A stretch of 64,000 nt of DNA from Candidatus Nomurabacteria bacterium. Lineage in GTDB: Bacteria; Patescibacteriota; Minisyncoccia; Phycocordibacterales; UBA9973. Position numbers and translations under genes: made by a program. Numbering within the stretch: the stretch's first letter is position 1; the number at the start of each line of letters is the position of its first letter. The stretch is taken from assembly GCA_016699085.1 (NCBI GenBank), contig CP064958.1, positions 409,375-473,374 on the forward strand. The letters are read 5' to 3'. Under the pieces are notes generated by a model that saw nothing but the letters and a program-made list of their open reading frames with translations, was not told the origin of the DNA and searched no databases. Positions 9,635 to 18,256 of this stretch are shown in pieces.

Positions 9635-9722
9635 AAAGTTTTCAGAGGATTTTTTTGGTCCTCGGTTCTCCTCTTTGCTTTCGCAAAGAGGCCAGACTAA
9701 AAAAATCCTCTGAAAACTTTTT
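9633..9722. repeat. 90-bp palindromic element P1: 24-bp perfect terminal inverted repeats (AAAAAGTTTTCAGAGGATTTTTTT) around a 41-bp core with its own 9-bp hairpin (9670-9691)
   Basis: arm 9633-9656 is the exact reverse complement of 9699-9722; lies in the adk-map spacer. Confidence 0.7.
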
Positions 9723-9756
9723 ATTGGTTCAGGTAACTGGTCATGTATTTAGTCAT

Positions 9757-10524
9757 ATGGTCATCATCAAAACTGACAAAGAAATAGCAATACTTCGTGA
9801 AGGCGGCAAAAGGCTCGCTTGGATTTTAGATATGGTAGCCAAGAAAATTGTTCCAGGAATTACTACGGGCGAACTCGATAGCTATGCAAAACTTCTAATA
9901 CATGAAGGCGGTGATACTGCAGCATTTTTAGGCTACACACCTGATGGTGCAAATTATCCCTATCCCGCGGCTCTTTGTACATCAATTAATGATGAAGTAG
10001 TACATGGCATACCGACAAATCGTAAACTCAAAAAAGGTGATATTGTTTCGATTGATCTAGGACTTAAACATGATGGTATGTTTACTGATCACGCGAGGAC
10101 TATTGCCGTTGGTAAACCAACCAAGCAGCTACAAAAATTACTTTCGACAACCGAAGAAGCTCTCATGATAGGAATACAAGCTGCAAGGGGTGGGAGCACA
10201 GTAGGCGACGTAGGCGCTGCAATTGAGGCTTATGTGAAGCCTTATGGCTACGGTATTGTGCGTGAGCTTGCAGGGCATGGTGTTGGTCGAGCAATCCACG
10301 AAGATCCCTATGTGCCGAATTTTGGTAAAGCGGGCAAAGGTGAACGGTTGGTACCTGGCATGGTTATAGCGATCGAACCGATGCTAAATCTAGGAAGCAA
10401 AGAGGTTGTATTTGAAGATGATGGCTACACAGTCAAAACCAGAGATGGCAAACAAAGTGCACATTTTGAGCATACGATTCTTATCACCAAAGGAGAGCCT
10501 GAAATTTTGACAAGTTTAAATTAA
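9757..10524 (+). CDS. map: methionine aminopeptidase type I (start at internal Met of track ORF 9655)
   Basis: GHGVG, metal-binding His/Glu/Asp pattern; track ORF 5' part overlaps the palindrome. Confidence 0.85.
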   Translation: MVIIKTDKEIAILREGGKRLAWILDMVAKKIVPGITTGELDSYAKLLIHEGGDTAAFLGYTPDGANYPYPAALCTSINDEVVHGIPTNRKLKKGDIVSIDLGLKHDGMFTDHARTIAVGKPTKQLQKLLSTTEEALMIGIQAARGGSTVGDVGAAIEAYVKPYGYGIVRELAGHGVGRAIHEDPYVPNFGKAGKGERLVPGMVIAIEPMLNLGSKEVVFEDDGYTVKTRDGKQSAHFEHTILITKGEPEILTSLN

Positions 10525-10550
10525 AATTCCGCCAGATGGCGGAATTTTAA
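10521..10550. terminator. bidirectional terminator, 14-bp perfect stem (ttaaaattccgcca/tggcggaattttaa)
   Basis: between convergent map (+) and 10562..10978 (-). Confidence 0.7.
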
Positions 10551-10561
10551 TTTAAAAACCT

Positions 10562-10978
10562 TTAACTCTTTTTCTTGTCAGGCAGAATTTCATTGAGACC
10601 TTTAATTGATATATATGGAGATAATATGGTAGCTGCAAGATATGCGATTGAACCTGTTTCCATAAGCTCATGAGCACTGTATCCGGTCGCCCCTGCTCCG
10701 AATAGTATTGCCAAAGCGCCACCAAATTTTATAATATTTTTTTTAATATTTGAAGCAGTTTCTGGGTGCTGCTCTTCTTGTTGTATTGTGATTTGATTTG
10801 CTTCTGTATATATATCTTTTGCCTTAGTGAGTAATGCAGCTTCCTCTTGTGTTTTTGGTGTTACAGTCTCATTAATTAACTCATCCATAAGTGCGTCTTG
10901 AGCAATTTCTGCTGTTTGATCTGTGTTTGTATTTGTTCCTGTTTCCGCACGTTTCCCGATACCTGGCATTATTTCCAT
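10562..10978 (-). CDS. hypothetical protein, acidic/Thr-rich N-term, C-terminal hydrophobic segment
   Basis: 138-aa ORF, possible TM FGGALAILFGAGATGY. Confidence 0.35.
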   Translation of the reverse strand: MEIMPGIGKRAETGTNTNTDQTAEIAQDALMDELINETVTPKTQEEAALLTKAKDIYTEANQITIQQEEQHPETASNIKKNIIKFGGALAILFGAGATGYSAHELMETGSIAYLAATILSPYISIKGLNEILPDKKKS

Positions 10979-11001
10979 AATTTTTTATTTAAACTTATAA
11001 T

Positions 11002-11148
11002 TTATTCGCTTTTCTGTATTTTCTCCAAATCTCCGTTAAGTGAATCGATGAGAGAATTAAACTCTTTGAAAAAGAGGGTTTTTTCTTCCTCAGATGCTAA
11101 ACCGTCCTTGATTTTTTGTGCTAATTGTGTGATTTCTTCGTCAGTCAT
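11002..11148 (-). CDS. small ORF 48 aa (MTDEEITQLAQKIKDGL...)
   Basis: manually translated; helical, charged; below track threshold. Confidence 0.2.
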   Translation of the reverse strand: MTDEEITQLAQKIKDGLASEEEKTLFFKEFNSLIDSLNGDLEKIQKSE

Positions 11149-11211
11149 AGTGGTGGGTGATTAATAATGATTATCTCTATTATAGCGGGGAACAACAGTA
11201 TGTCAAAGATA

Positions 11212-11246
11212 AAATCCCCTCCGCACAAACGAGTGTGGAGGGGATT
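11212..11246 (-). terminator. hairpin atcccctccgcaca/tgtggaggggat (12 bp incl. one G-U)
   Basis: immediately downstream (minus strand) of small ORF 11248-11424; minus strand reads TTTATCTTTG after it. Confidence 0.35.
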
Positions 11247-11247
11247 A

Positions 11248-11424
11248 TTAGTTATTTGCTATAGCATACTTAGTAGTTGAAACCTCTTCTATTACAGTAG
11301 ACGTTCCATCCACCACCTTTTTTTCTTTGCTAAGCTTTTTAATATTCTTAGCTCTCTTTGCTGCATTATAACTACAGCCATCGATTGAAGTTATTTTTCC
11401 AACTATCCACTTTATGAATTCCAT
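11248..11424 (-). CDS. small ORF 58 aa (MEFIKWIVGKITSIDGCSYNAAKRAKNIKKLSKEKK...)
   Basis: manually translated; followed on minus strand by hairpin 11212-11246 + T-rich stretch. Confidence 0.2.
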   Translation of the reverse strand: MEFIKWIVGKITSIDGCSYNAAKRAKNIKKLSKEKKVVDGTSTVIEEVSTTKYAIANN

Positions 11425-11527
11425 AATTTGATTTTTTTAGATTATATACTATTTATACTCTTTTGTCAATACATATACAGTGCGAGTTTGTATAGGTTAT
11501 TTTTCAAAGTATTCTATAATACAAACA

Positions 11528-14251
11528 ATGCAGCCGACGTTTAATGAACTTCCTAAATTTCAAACTCCTGAAGAGGAGCTTACTTACTTGCGAGAACATG
11601 TTGCGAGGCGTGAACAGGAACTAAAAGAGCAAGGAACTCCAGCTTCCACAGAAAGTGTTGCCAAAGAGGCGATTGCTTCCTATAAAGAAATTCCGCAGGA
11701 GCAAGTGTTAACTACGAACATCCAAGTTACTAAAAAAGAAATCGAAGGTTTTGCACTTCCGCTTACACCTGAACCTCATGATACAAAAATGGAAGAGCTT
11801 TTAGGGGTACTTTTGTCGCGTGGGGTAAAGGTCGCGCTTGAGATGGCAAATGGATTTCATAATCCTCATATTGATGATGACTTTCATCGTTTTTTGGCAC
11901 AGTATCTAATCGCTACCCATGCTGTACCCGGACTCAAAGATGGCACACCAATTTTCAAAGGACTTAATATGTCGCTTTTTGAGATTACATTACCGCCAGT
12001 AGCTGCTGGTAAAGAACGTGGCTTCAAGGAACTCCTCGGCGCTATGGAACAGTTTTATGCAGGCATGCAATCTGTCGCAAGTGATACATCCAATAAAACC
12101 AAAGAGTATTACACGATAGAAATAGCACTCTCAAGTGCAAGTGATGAAGTGATTATTTATGCGGCTATACCAGCGGGGAAAGGTCCGCTTTTTGAGAAAC
12201 AAGTGTTTGCTTTCTATACCGATGCTAAGATTCGTGAAATTACTGATGATTATAATATTTTCAATGCAAACGGTAGTGCAGCAGGGGCGTTTGCAACACT
12301 TGCAGAGTCCGATGCCTTGCCGATAAAAATGCATGACACACTCGATCATGATCCAATGAACTCTATCTTAAATGTCTTTACTAAAATGAAGCGTGTTGGT
12401 GAGGGGGCAGCAATACAGTTTGTTATTGCACCTGCAGGGGATAAATTTATTAAACGCTTTACATCGATGCTTGCTGATCTAAAAGACGGCATGACGATTA
12501 AAGAATCTGCCGATAAGAACAATATTGGCGCAGCCTTTCTGTCTGCTTCTAAGGATTTGATTTTTGGTGGAACTAAAAAAGAGAAAGAAAAGAAAATCGA
12601 CGATAATGCAGTCACAAAAGTTGGCGAGAAAATCAAAAGTACGATTGTCGTAAGTGGTATTCGTATTATTGCTTCTGCAGAAACCAAAGAAAGGGCAAAT
12701 AATATTTTATCTGAGCTTGAATCAGCATTCAACCAATTTGCAGAACCAAACAGTAACAAATTTATATTTAATAAAATAAATGATAGAAAGTTGGCGGAAC
12801 TTTTTCATGCATATTCGTATCGATTGTATGAAGAGAGTATTATGATGCCATTAAATTTTACTGAGTTATCGACTGTTTTCCACTTTCCGATGGGTGTTGG
12901 TAATCCGCAGTTAAAAGAAGCCAAGGCTGGTATTGCGCCTGCACCTGTGGATATGAGTACGGACGGCATCTTGCTTGGCTACAACGAATATCGAGGCATG
13001 AAGACTCCCGTACATATGAAGCGAGAAGACCGTATGCGACATTTCTATGTTATCGGTCAGACAGGTACTGGTAAGACCGGTATTTTAAAGTCAATGATTG
13101 CGCAGGATATCAAAAATGGCGAAGGTTGTTGCTTTATTGATCCGCACGGCAACGATGTACAAGATATTCTTTCGTATGTACCAAAAGAGCGTATCGATGA
13201 TGTCATCTACTTTGACCCAGCATACATTCCGCGACCAATGGCGCTTAATATGCTTGAGTATGATCCCCGTTTCCCAGAACAAAAGACAATGGTGATCGAC
13301 ACTCTCATGCTCATATTCAATCAGCTTTTCGATATGAAGACAGGTGGTGGGCCGATGTTCGAACAATATTTCAAAAATAGCGCGTATCTCGTTATGGATC
13401 ACTTGGAAAGTGGTAGCACACTTCTTGAAATTACGCGTGTCTTGGCAGATAAATCGTTCCGCGATATGAAGCTCTCGCATTGCAAAAATCCAATCGTCAA
13501 ACAATTCTGGGCTGGCGCTGAAGCAACCACGGGGGATCAGGGTCTTGCGAACTTTGTGCCATACGTGACGTCAAAGTTTGATGTCTTTATATCGAACGAA
13601 TTCATGCGGCCTGTTGTGCTCCAAGAGAAGTCTGTGCTTAATTTCCGAGACATCATGGACAACAAGAAAATTCTTCTCGTTAATCTTTCCAAAGGCCGTC
13701 TCGGTGAACTCAATGCAAATCTTATCGGTATGCTTATTGTTATGAAGCTCCAAATGGCAGCACTATCTCGTGTTGATTCATATGGTAAAACGTTAGCTGA
13801 TTTCTATCTCTACATCGATGAGTTCCAAAACGTGACGACGCCTGCGATCGCTTCTATTCTCTCTGAGGCGCGTAAATATCGTCTGTCGCTCAACATGGCA
13901 CATCAATATATCGCTCAGCTTCCGGAAGACATCAAAGGTGCAGTTTTCGGTAACGTTGGCTCGATGGCAGTGTTTCGAGTCTCTCCTGAAGATGCAGGAT
14001 TCCTGGAATCGAAATTCGCGCCAACATTTACTGCTCAGGACATTACCAAGCTTGATAACCGTAATGCGTACATGAGCATGATCATCAATGGTGCACCATC
14101 ACTGAAGCCATTCAACATTGTTACGGCTGATTTTCCTAAAGCAGATTTCTCTATGGTTGATAAACTCAAAGAACTTTCATACTTGAAATATGGTAGCGAT
14201 AGGGAAGAAGTCGAAGCGGCAGTATTTGCGAAATTTGATCAGTCCAGGTAA
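11528..14251 (+). CDS. large P-loop ATPase, VirD4/TraG/TraD-like (type IV coupling-protein-like; DUF87-type) with ~500-aa N-terminal domain of unknown function
   Basis: Walker A FYVIGQTGTGKTG, Walker B LYIDEFQN, arginine finger region; start at MQPTF (track ORF 11480). Confidence 0.55.
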   Translation: MQPTFNELPKFQTPEEELTYLREHVARREQELKEQGTPASTESVAKEAIASYKEIPQEQVLTTNIQVTKKEIEGFALPLTPEPHDTKMEELLGVLLSRGVKVALEMANGFHNPHIDDDFHRFLAQYLIATHAVPGLKDGTPIFKGLNMSLFEITLPPVAAGKERGFKELLGAMEQFYAGMQSVASDTSNKTKEYYTIEIALSSASDEVIIYAAIPAGKGPLFEKQVFAFYTDAKIREITDDYNIFNANGSAAGAFATLAESDALPIKMHDTLDHDPMNSILNVFTKMKRVGEGAAIQFVIAPAGDKFIKRFTSMLADLKDGMTIKESADKNNIGAAFLSASKDLIFGGTKKEKEKKIDDNAVTKVGEKIKSTIVVSGIRIIASAETKERANNILSELESAFNQFAEPNSNKFIFNKINDRKLAELFHAYSYRLYEESIMMPLNFTELSTVFHFPMGVGNPQLKEAKAGIAPAPVDMSTDGILLGYNEYRGMKTPVHMKREDRMRHFYVIGQTGTGKTGILKSMIAQDIKNGEGCCFIDPHGNDVQDILSYVPKERIDDVIYFDPAYIPRPMALNMLEYDPRFPEQKTMVIDTLMLIFNQLFDMKTGGGPMFEQYFKNSAYLVMDHLESGSTLLEITRVLADKSFRDMKLSHCKNPIVKQFWAGAEATTGDQGLANFVPYVTSKFDVFISNEFMRPVVLQEKSVLNFRDIMDNKKILLVNLSKGRLGELNANLIGMLIVMKLQMAALSRVDSYGKTLADFYLYIDEFQNVTTPAIASILSEARKYRLSLNMAHQYIAQLPEDIKGAVFGNVGSMAVFRVSPEDAGFLESKFAPTFTAQDITKLDNRNAYMSMIINGAPSLKPFNIVTADFPKADFSMVDKLKELSYLKYGSDREEVEAAVFAKFDQSR

Positions 14252-14254
14252 GTA

Positions 14255-14340
14255 TAAAGAAATCAGAAAGATTTTTCTTGTTGCGGGACTCGCTTCGCTC
14301 AAACAAGTCCTCACTACAAAAAATCTTTCTGATTTCTTTA
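14255..14340. repeat. 86-bp palindromic element P2: ~25-bp inverted-repeat arms (TAAAGAAATCAGAAAGATTTTT...) around a GC-richer core
   Basis: left arm 14255-14281, right arm 14316-14340 (22 nt perfect); arm core resembles P1 (TCAGARRGATTTTT). Confidence 0.65.
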
Positions 14341-14362
14341 TTTGTTCTGGTATACTTTCTTC

Positions 14363-14851
14363 ATGTCAAACTATACAGCATTTGAAGTTGTAATTACCGC
14401 CATCGTTGTGAAGGACGGCAAGTATTTGATCACTCAGCGGTCAAAAGATAAGAAACGTTTTCCAGAAATGTGGACGGTGCCAGGTGGACATTTGGAGCCA
14501 GCGGATTTTCTCGAATTTCCGAAAGACACAGAACACTATTGGTACAATGTCCTTGAGCAAACCCTTCGTCGTGAAGTCAAAGAAGAAGTTGGCATCGAGA
14601 TAGGTGATGTCGAATATGTGACGTCGCTCGCTACGGTGCATACTGATGGTGCGCCATCGCTCGTGATTTCGTCTATGGCAGAATATGTGGGAGGCGATAT
14701 TATTCTTCAAGAAGGTGAGACACAAGACTTTGCGTGGGTGAGCCTTGAAGAAGCAAAGGGGTATAACCTTGTCGATGGTATTTATGATGGACTCGTGATG
14801 GCAGATGCAAAGAGGAAAGGAATACAGAAAGAATGGAAACGAGCATACTAA
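14363..14851 (+). CDS. NUDIX hydrolase
   Basis: Nudix box ...REVKEEVGIEI...; GGHLE. Confidence 0.7.
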   Translation: MSNYTAFEVVITAIVVKDGKYLITQRSKDKKRFPEMWTVPGGHLEPADFLEFPKDTEHYWYNVLEQTLRREVKEEVGIEIGDVEYVTSLATVHTDGAPSLVISSMAEYVGGDIILQEGETQDFAWVSLEEAKGYNLVDGIYDGLVMADAKRKGIQKEWKRAY

Positions 14852-14919
14852 TATAGTCATTTGCTCTGTATAGACTTCTCTAGTAAGATACAAGCATCTT
14901 TATTCGTAATTAATTTTAT

Positions 14920-15399
14920 ATGCCACGACCAAACGACGAGCAATCACTTATTATAATAAAACCTGATACCCTTCAGCGTAATCTTGTTGGAGAAATCATC
15001 TCTCGATTTGAACGTAAAGGCCTTAAGGTAATAGGGTTAAAAATGATGACCGTTGATGATGCGGTTCTCAAAGAGCACTACGCACATATAGTAGATAAGC
15101 CATTTTTCCCAGGAATATTGAATTACATGAAATCAACGCCTGTCGTCGTCGTGGCTCTTTCTGGTATTAATGCTATCTCCGCTATACGGCTTATTGTTGG
15201 GCCTACAAGAGGGTATGAAGCAGGTGCGGGGACAATCCGAGGCGATTACTCAATGAGTGCTCAATCAAATTTGGTGCACGCTTCTGACACTGTTGAAGCA
15301 GGTGAAATAGAAATTAAGCGTTTCTTTGACTCAAAAGAACTCTTTGATTACAAAAAAATTGATATTGATTTTATCTACGCAGATCACAAAGATGCATAA
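14920..15399 (+). CDS. ndk: nucleoside diphosphate kinase
   Basis: IIKPDTLQRNLVGEIISRFERKGL, catalytic His region NLVHASD. Confidence 0.9.
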   Translation: MPRPNDEQSLIIIKPDTLQRNLVGEIISRFERKGLKVIGLKMMTVDDAVLKEHYAHIVDKPFFPGILNYMKSTPVVVVALSGINAISAIRLIVGPTRGYEAGAGTIRGDYSMSAQSNLVHASDTVEAGEIEIKRFFDSKELFDYKKIDIDFIYADHKDA

Positions 15400-15430
15400 A
15401 AATTGCCCCATGCGGGGCAATTTTTGTTTT
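15400..15430 (+). terminator. rho-independent terminator attgcccc-atgc-ggggcaat + T-run
   Basis: 8-bp stem + tttttgtttt after ndk. Confidence 0.7.
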
Positions 15431-15489
15431 GAAACAATTATTATGAAAGTCTAGATTGCCAAGGTATGAGCAACAGTCTATACTCAAAG

Positions 15490-15690
15490 TAGGATTATTT
15501 TTTAGTGTATTACTTAGAACAATTTTTTTATGGGAATTTCTGATTTGTAGGTATGGATGCTATCTTCGGATGACTGAAATACTTACTTTCGAACACCCAC
15601 GTAGCTACTATGGCTATGGTAATCACTAAAGAATAATCCTAAAAAAGACCTCTGCATCGCAGGGATTTTTTTATTCCTCTACATAGTGTA
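15490..15690 (+). ncRNA. candidate structured 5' leader or small RNA: long-range helix AGGATTATT(15491-15499)/AATAATCCT(15641-15649), internal UUCG hairpin, terminal hairpin + U-run
   Basis: 260-bp non-coding gap; closing helix + terminator-like hairpin cctctgc-atc-gcaggg + ttttttt right before gene at 15701. Confidence 0.25.
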
Positions 15691-15700
15691 GACTAATGCC

Positions 15701-16147
15701 ATGACATTGATGCGCCGAGAGCTTGGCTACACATTGCTGGGCTTTATAGCTTTTATTTTCCTCACAAATCTCATTGCGAGCGTTTTCTATTGGTATATAA
15801 GTATGTGGTGGTTTGATATGCCAATGCATTTCTTGGGGGGAGTATGGCTCGCTTTGTTTGGGTATTGGTTGTTGCTAGTTATTTTCGAACGAAAACATTT
15901 GGCTATTTCAGATATTAGGAGTATTCCCACTATACGTCTCATGTTGTTCGTATTAATTCTTGGTATATCATGGGAATTTTTTGAATTTGTCGTAAGTCAT
16001 ACTACTGGTGCAATGTTGGGTAACACTGTAGATTCCTTGAGTGATATCTGTTTTGATCTTGCGGGGGGATTGGTGGGATTGCTGTACCTTAAATCCGTGG
16101 GTACTAGCATTAAAGAAAATATTACTCCAGCGGAATCAATACAGTAA
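15701..16147 (+). CDS. small integral membrane protein, VanZ-like
   Basis: 4 predicted TM segments; C-terminal DSLSDICFDLAGGLVGLL resembles VanZ family motif. Confidence 0.4.
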   Translation: MTLMRRELGYTLLGFIAFIFLTNLIASVFYWYISMWWFDMPMHFLGGVWLALFGYWLLLVIFERKHLAISDIRSIPTIRLMLFVLILGISWEFFEFVVSHTTGAMLGNTVDSLSDICFDLAGGLVGLLYLKSVGTSIKENITPAESIQ

Positions 16148-16199
16148 AAAAACCTAGCGAGCGTTTGAGATACATGCAAGGCTAGGGTATACTATTTTT

Positions 16200-17567
16200 A
16201 TGGATAAAAATTCTGCACGTATTACATTTTGCGCTGGCGCAGGTACAGTAACCGGTGCCAATTTTCTTTTTGAAATTGGCGGTAAGAAAATTTTGATTGA
16301 TTGCGGTCTTATCCAATCAACAAAGGCCGCTGATGATAGTAACTGGCAAGACTTCTCATATGATCCTGCAAGTATTGATTACCTTTTTATTACTCATGCT
16401 CATGTTGATCATATCGGTAAAATTCCCAAATTAGTCTATGACGGCTTCAAGGGTAAAATTTTCTCGACTCGAGCAACACAAGATCTCGTCGTTCCAATGC
16501 TTGAGGACACGATTGCTATATTGGGACACCAAGGTGAAGATCATTTGGAGAAAATATATGCAGCTCCAATCGTCCCAAAGATTTTAGCTCTATGGAATGG
16601 GTTTGAATATCATGAAAAGATAGACATTGGTCCAGATTTTGAAATATTTTATCGCGATGCTGGTCATATCTTGGGTTCTGGCATGCTCAGTATTCTCTAT
16701 GGCGGCAAGCACTTCGTTTTTACCGGAGATCTAGGCAATTCGCCATCGCCAATACTTAAAAATACTGAGCTCGTCGATGATGCAGATTATCTTATTATGG
16801 AGTCTGTCTACGGTGATCGTAATCATGAGTCCCGCGACGAGCGCCGCAAGAAGCTTGAAGAAGTTATTGAGGACAACTACAAGCGTAAAGGTACGCTGAT
16901 TATCCCAACATTTTCCCTCGAGCGAACCCAAGAGCTTTTGTTCGAGATTAATACACTCGTAGAAAACAAACGCATTCCGCAGATGCCTATATTTCTTGAT
17001 TCGCCACTTGCGATCAAGCTGACAAAGATTTATCGCAACTACGAGCACTTATACAATGATGCTGCTAGGGAACACATCACGCATGGTGATGACATATTTA
17101 TTTTTCCTGGTCTTATGTCTACACTTGAAACCAAGGAATCAAAACATATTCTCGAAACTCCAAACCCAAAGATCATTATCGCAGGATCTGGTATGTCGAA
17201 CGGCGGCAGAATTATTCATCACGAGAAAAATTATTTACCAAATGAAAATAACACTCTGCTTCTAACTGGCTATCAGTCTGCTGGCACGATGGGGAGACAA
17301 ATCGAAGACGGTGCTAAAACTGTGAGAATTTTTGGTGAAGATGTGCCCGTGCGAGCACATATTGTGAAAATTAGTGGCTACTCTGGTCATAAAGATTCTG
17401 ATCATTTGGTAGGTTTTGTTGAAACTATGAGTGAGCGAGTACAAAAGGTATTTGTCGTCATGGGTGAGCCGAAATCTTCGTTCTTTTTAGTTCAAAAGCT
17501 CCGCGACATGCTCGGTATTGATGCCGTAGCACCCGAAGGAGGAGAAACAATCACGATCTCATGGTAA
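16200..17567 (+). CDS. metallo-beta-lactamase fold, beta-CASP RNA-metabolising hydrolase (RNase J/CPSF-like)
   Basis: HAHVDH motif, beta-CASP-like C-terminal region; 455 aa. Confidence 0.55.
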   Translation: MDKNSARITFCAGAGTVTGANFLFEIGGKKILIDCGLIQSTKAADDSNWQDFSYDPASIDYLFITHAHVDHIGKIPKLVYDGFKGKIFSTRATQDLVVPMLEDTIAILGHQGEDHLEKIYAAPIVPKILALWNGFEYHEKIDIGPDFEIFYRDAGHILGSGMLSILYGGKHFVFTGDLGNSPSPILKNTELVDDADYLIMESVYGDRNHESRDERRKKLEEVIEDNYKRKGTLIIPTFSLERTQELLFEINTLVENKRIPQMPIFLDSPLAIKLTKIYRNYEHLYNDAAREHITHGDDIFIFPGLMSTLETKESKHILETPNPKIIIAGSGMSNGGRIIHHEKNYLPNENNTLLLTGYQSAGTMGRQIEDGAKTVRIFGEDVPVRAHIVKISGYSGHKDSDHLVGFVETMSERVQKVFVVMGEPKSSFFLVQKLRDMLGIDAVAPEGGETITISW

Positions 17568-17577
17568 ACTAGAACAT

Positions 17578-18225
17578 ATGGATGATCAAAAATATATTTG
17601 TTACAACGGACCGATAGGTAATGGTGAGAAGCATAACCATTTAAAAGTAAAACTTGGTGTTTCGGGTGCAGCAGAAACAGGGCATTGCGGACTTGGAGCG
17701 CTTGATATTGCCAAAGAATTAGGACGTGAAATTATCCGCCAAGGCGGGGTGTTGGTTACTGGAGCTACTACAGGGTTTCCGTTCTGGTCTTCTATAGGAG
17801 CCAAAGAAGAACGTGGGCTTGTTATTGGACTTTCGCCAGCAGCAAATGAGAGAGAGCATGTTGAAACTTTCCGTTTGCCATTAGATTATACTGATCTCAT
17901 TATTTACACTGGGTTTGGTTTCCCCGGGCGAGATCTTCTGTTTACGAGGAGTACTGACGCTATGTTCATAGGCTGTGGACGAATAGGCACTATACACGAA
18001 TTTACTATTGCATTTGAAGATGGCAAGCCAATAGGCGTCTTAGAGGGTCCATGGAATATGGATAAAGAAATCAGAATGATACTTGAAGAAGGACATAGAT
18101 CTAATCCCAAAATTGTTTTTGATAGCGATCCCAAGCGACTTGTGGAAAAAGTAATGGCACTTGTTGCCAAAGATAAGATAGCAGAATTTAAAGTCGGTGC
18201 GCCAGCATTGAAAACATTACTCTAA
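17578..18225 (+). CDS. LOG/TIGR00725-family Rossmann-fold protein
   Basis: GVSGAAETGHCG...VTGATTG...GCGRIGTIHE pattern. Confidence 0.5.
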   Translation: MDDQKYICYNGPIGNGEKHNHLKVKLGVSGAAETGHCGLGALDIAKELGREIIRQGGVLVTGATTGFPFWSSIGAKEERGLVIGLSPAANEREHVETFRLPLDYTDLIIYTGFGFPGRDLLFTRSTDAMFIGCGRIGTIHEFTIAFEDGKPIGVLEGPWNMDKEIRMILEEGHRSNPKIVFDSDPKRLVEKVMALVAKDKIAEFKVGAPALKTLL

Positions 18226-18227
18226 TA

Positions 18228-18256
18228 AAAATCCCCGCAAAAGCGGGGGTTTTTAT
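18228..18256. terminator. bidirectional terminator atccccgc-aaaa-gcgggggt
   Basis: between convergent 17578..18225 (+) and rplT (-); A-run/T-run on both sides. Confidence 0.7.

Noticed and set aside
15560-15660. preQ1-I riboswitch (sequence UAGCUAC and A-rich tail) upstream of the membrane protein gene
   Set aside because: Only a heptamer matches; the P1/pseudoknot register does not fit and the downstream protein does not look like a QueT/YhhQ transporter.
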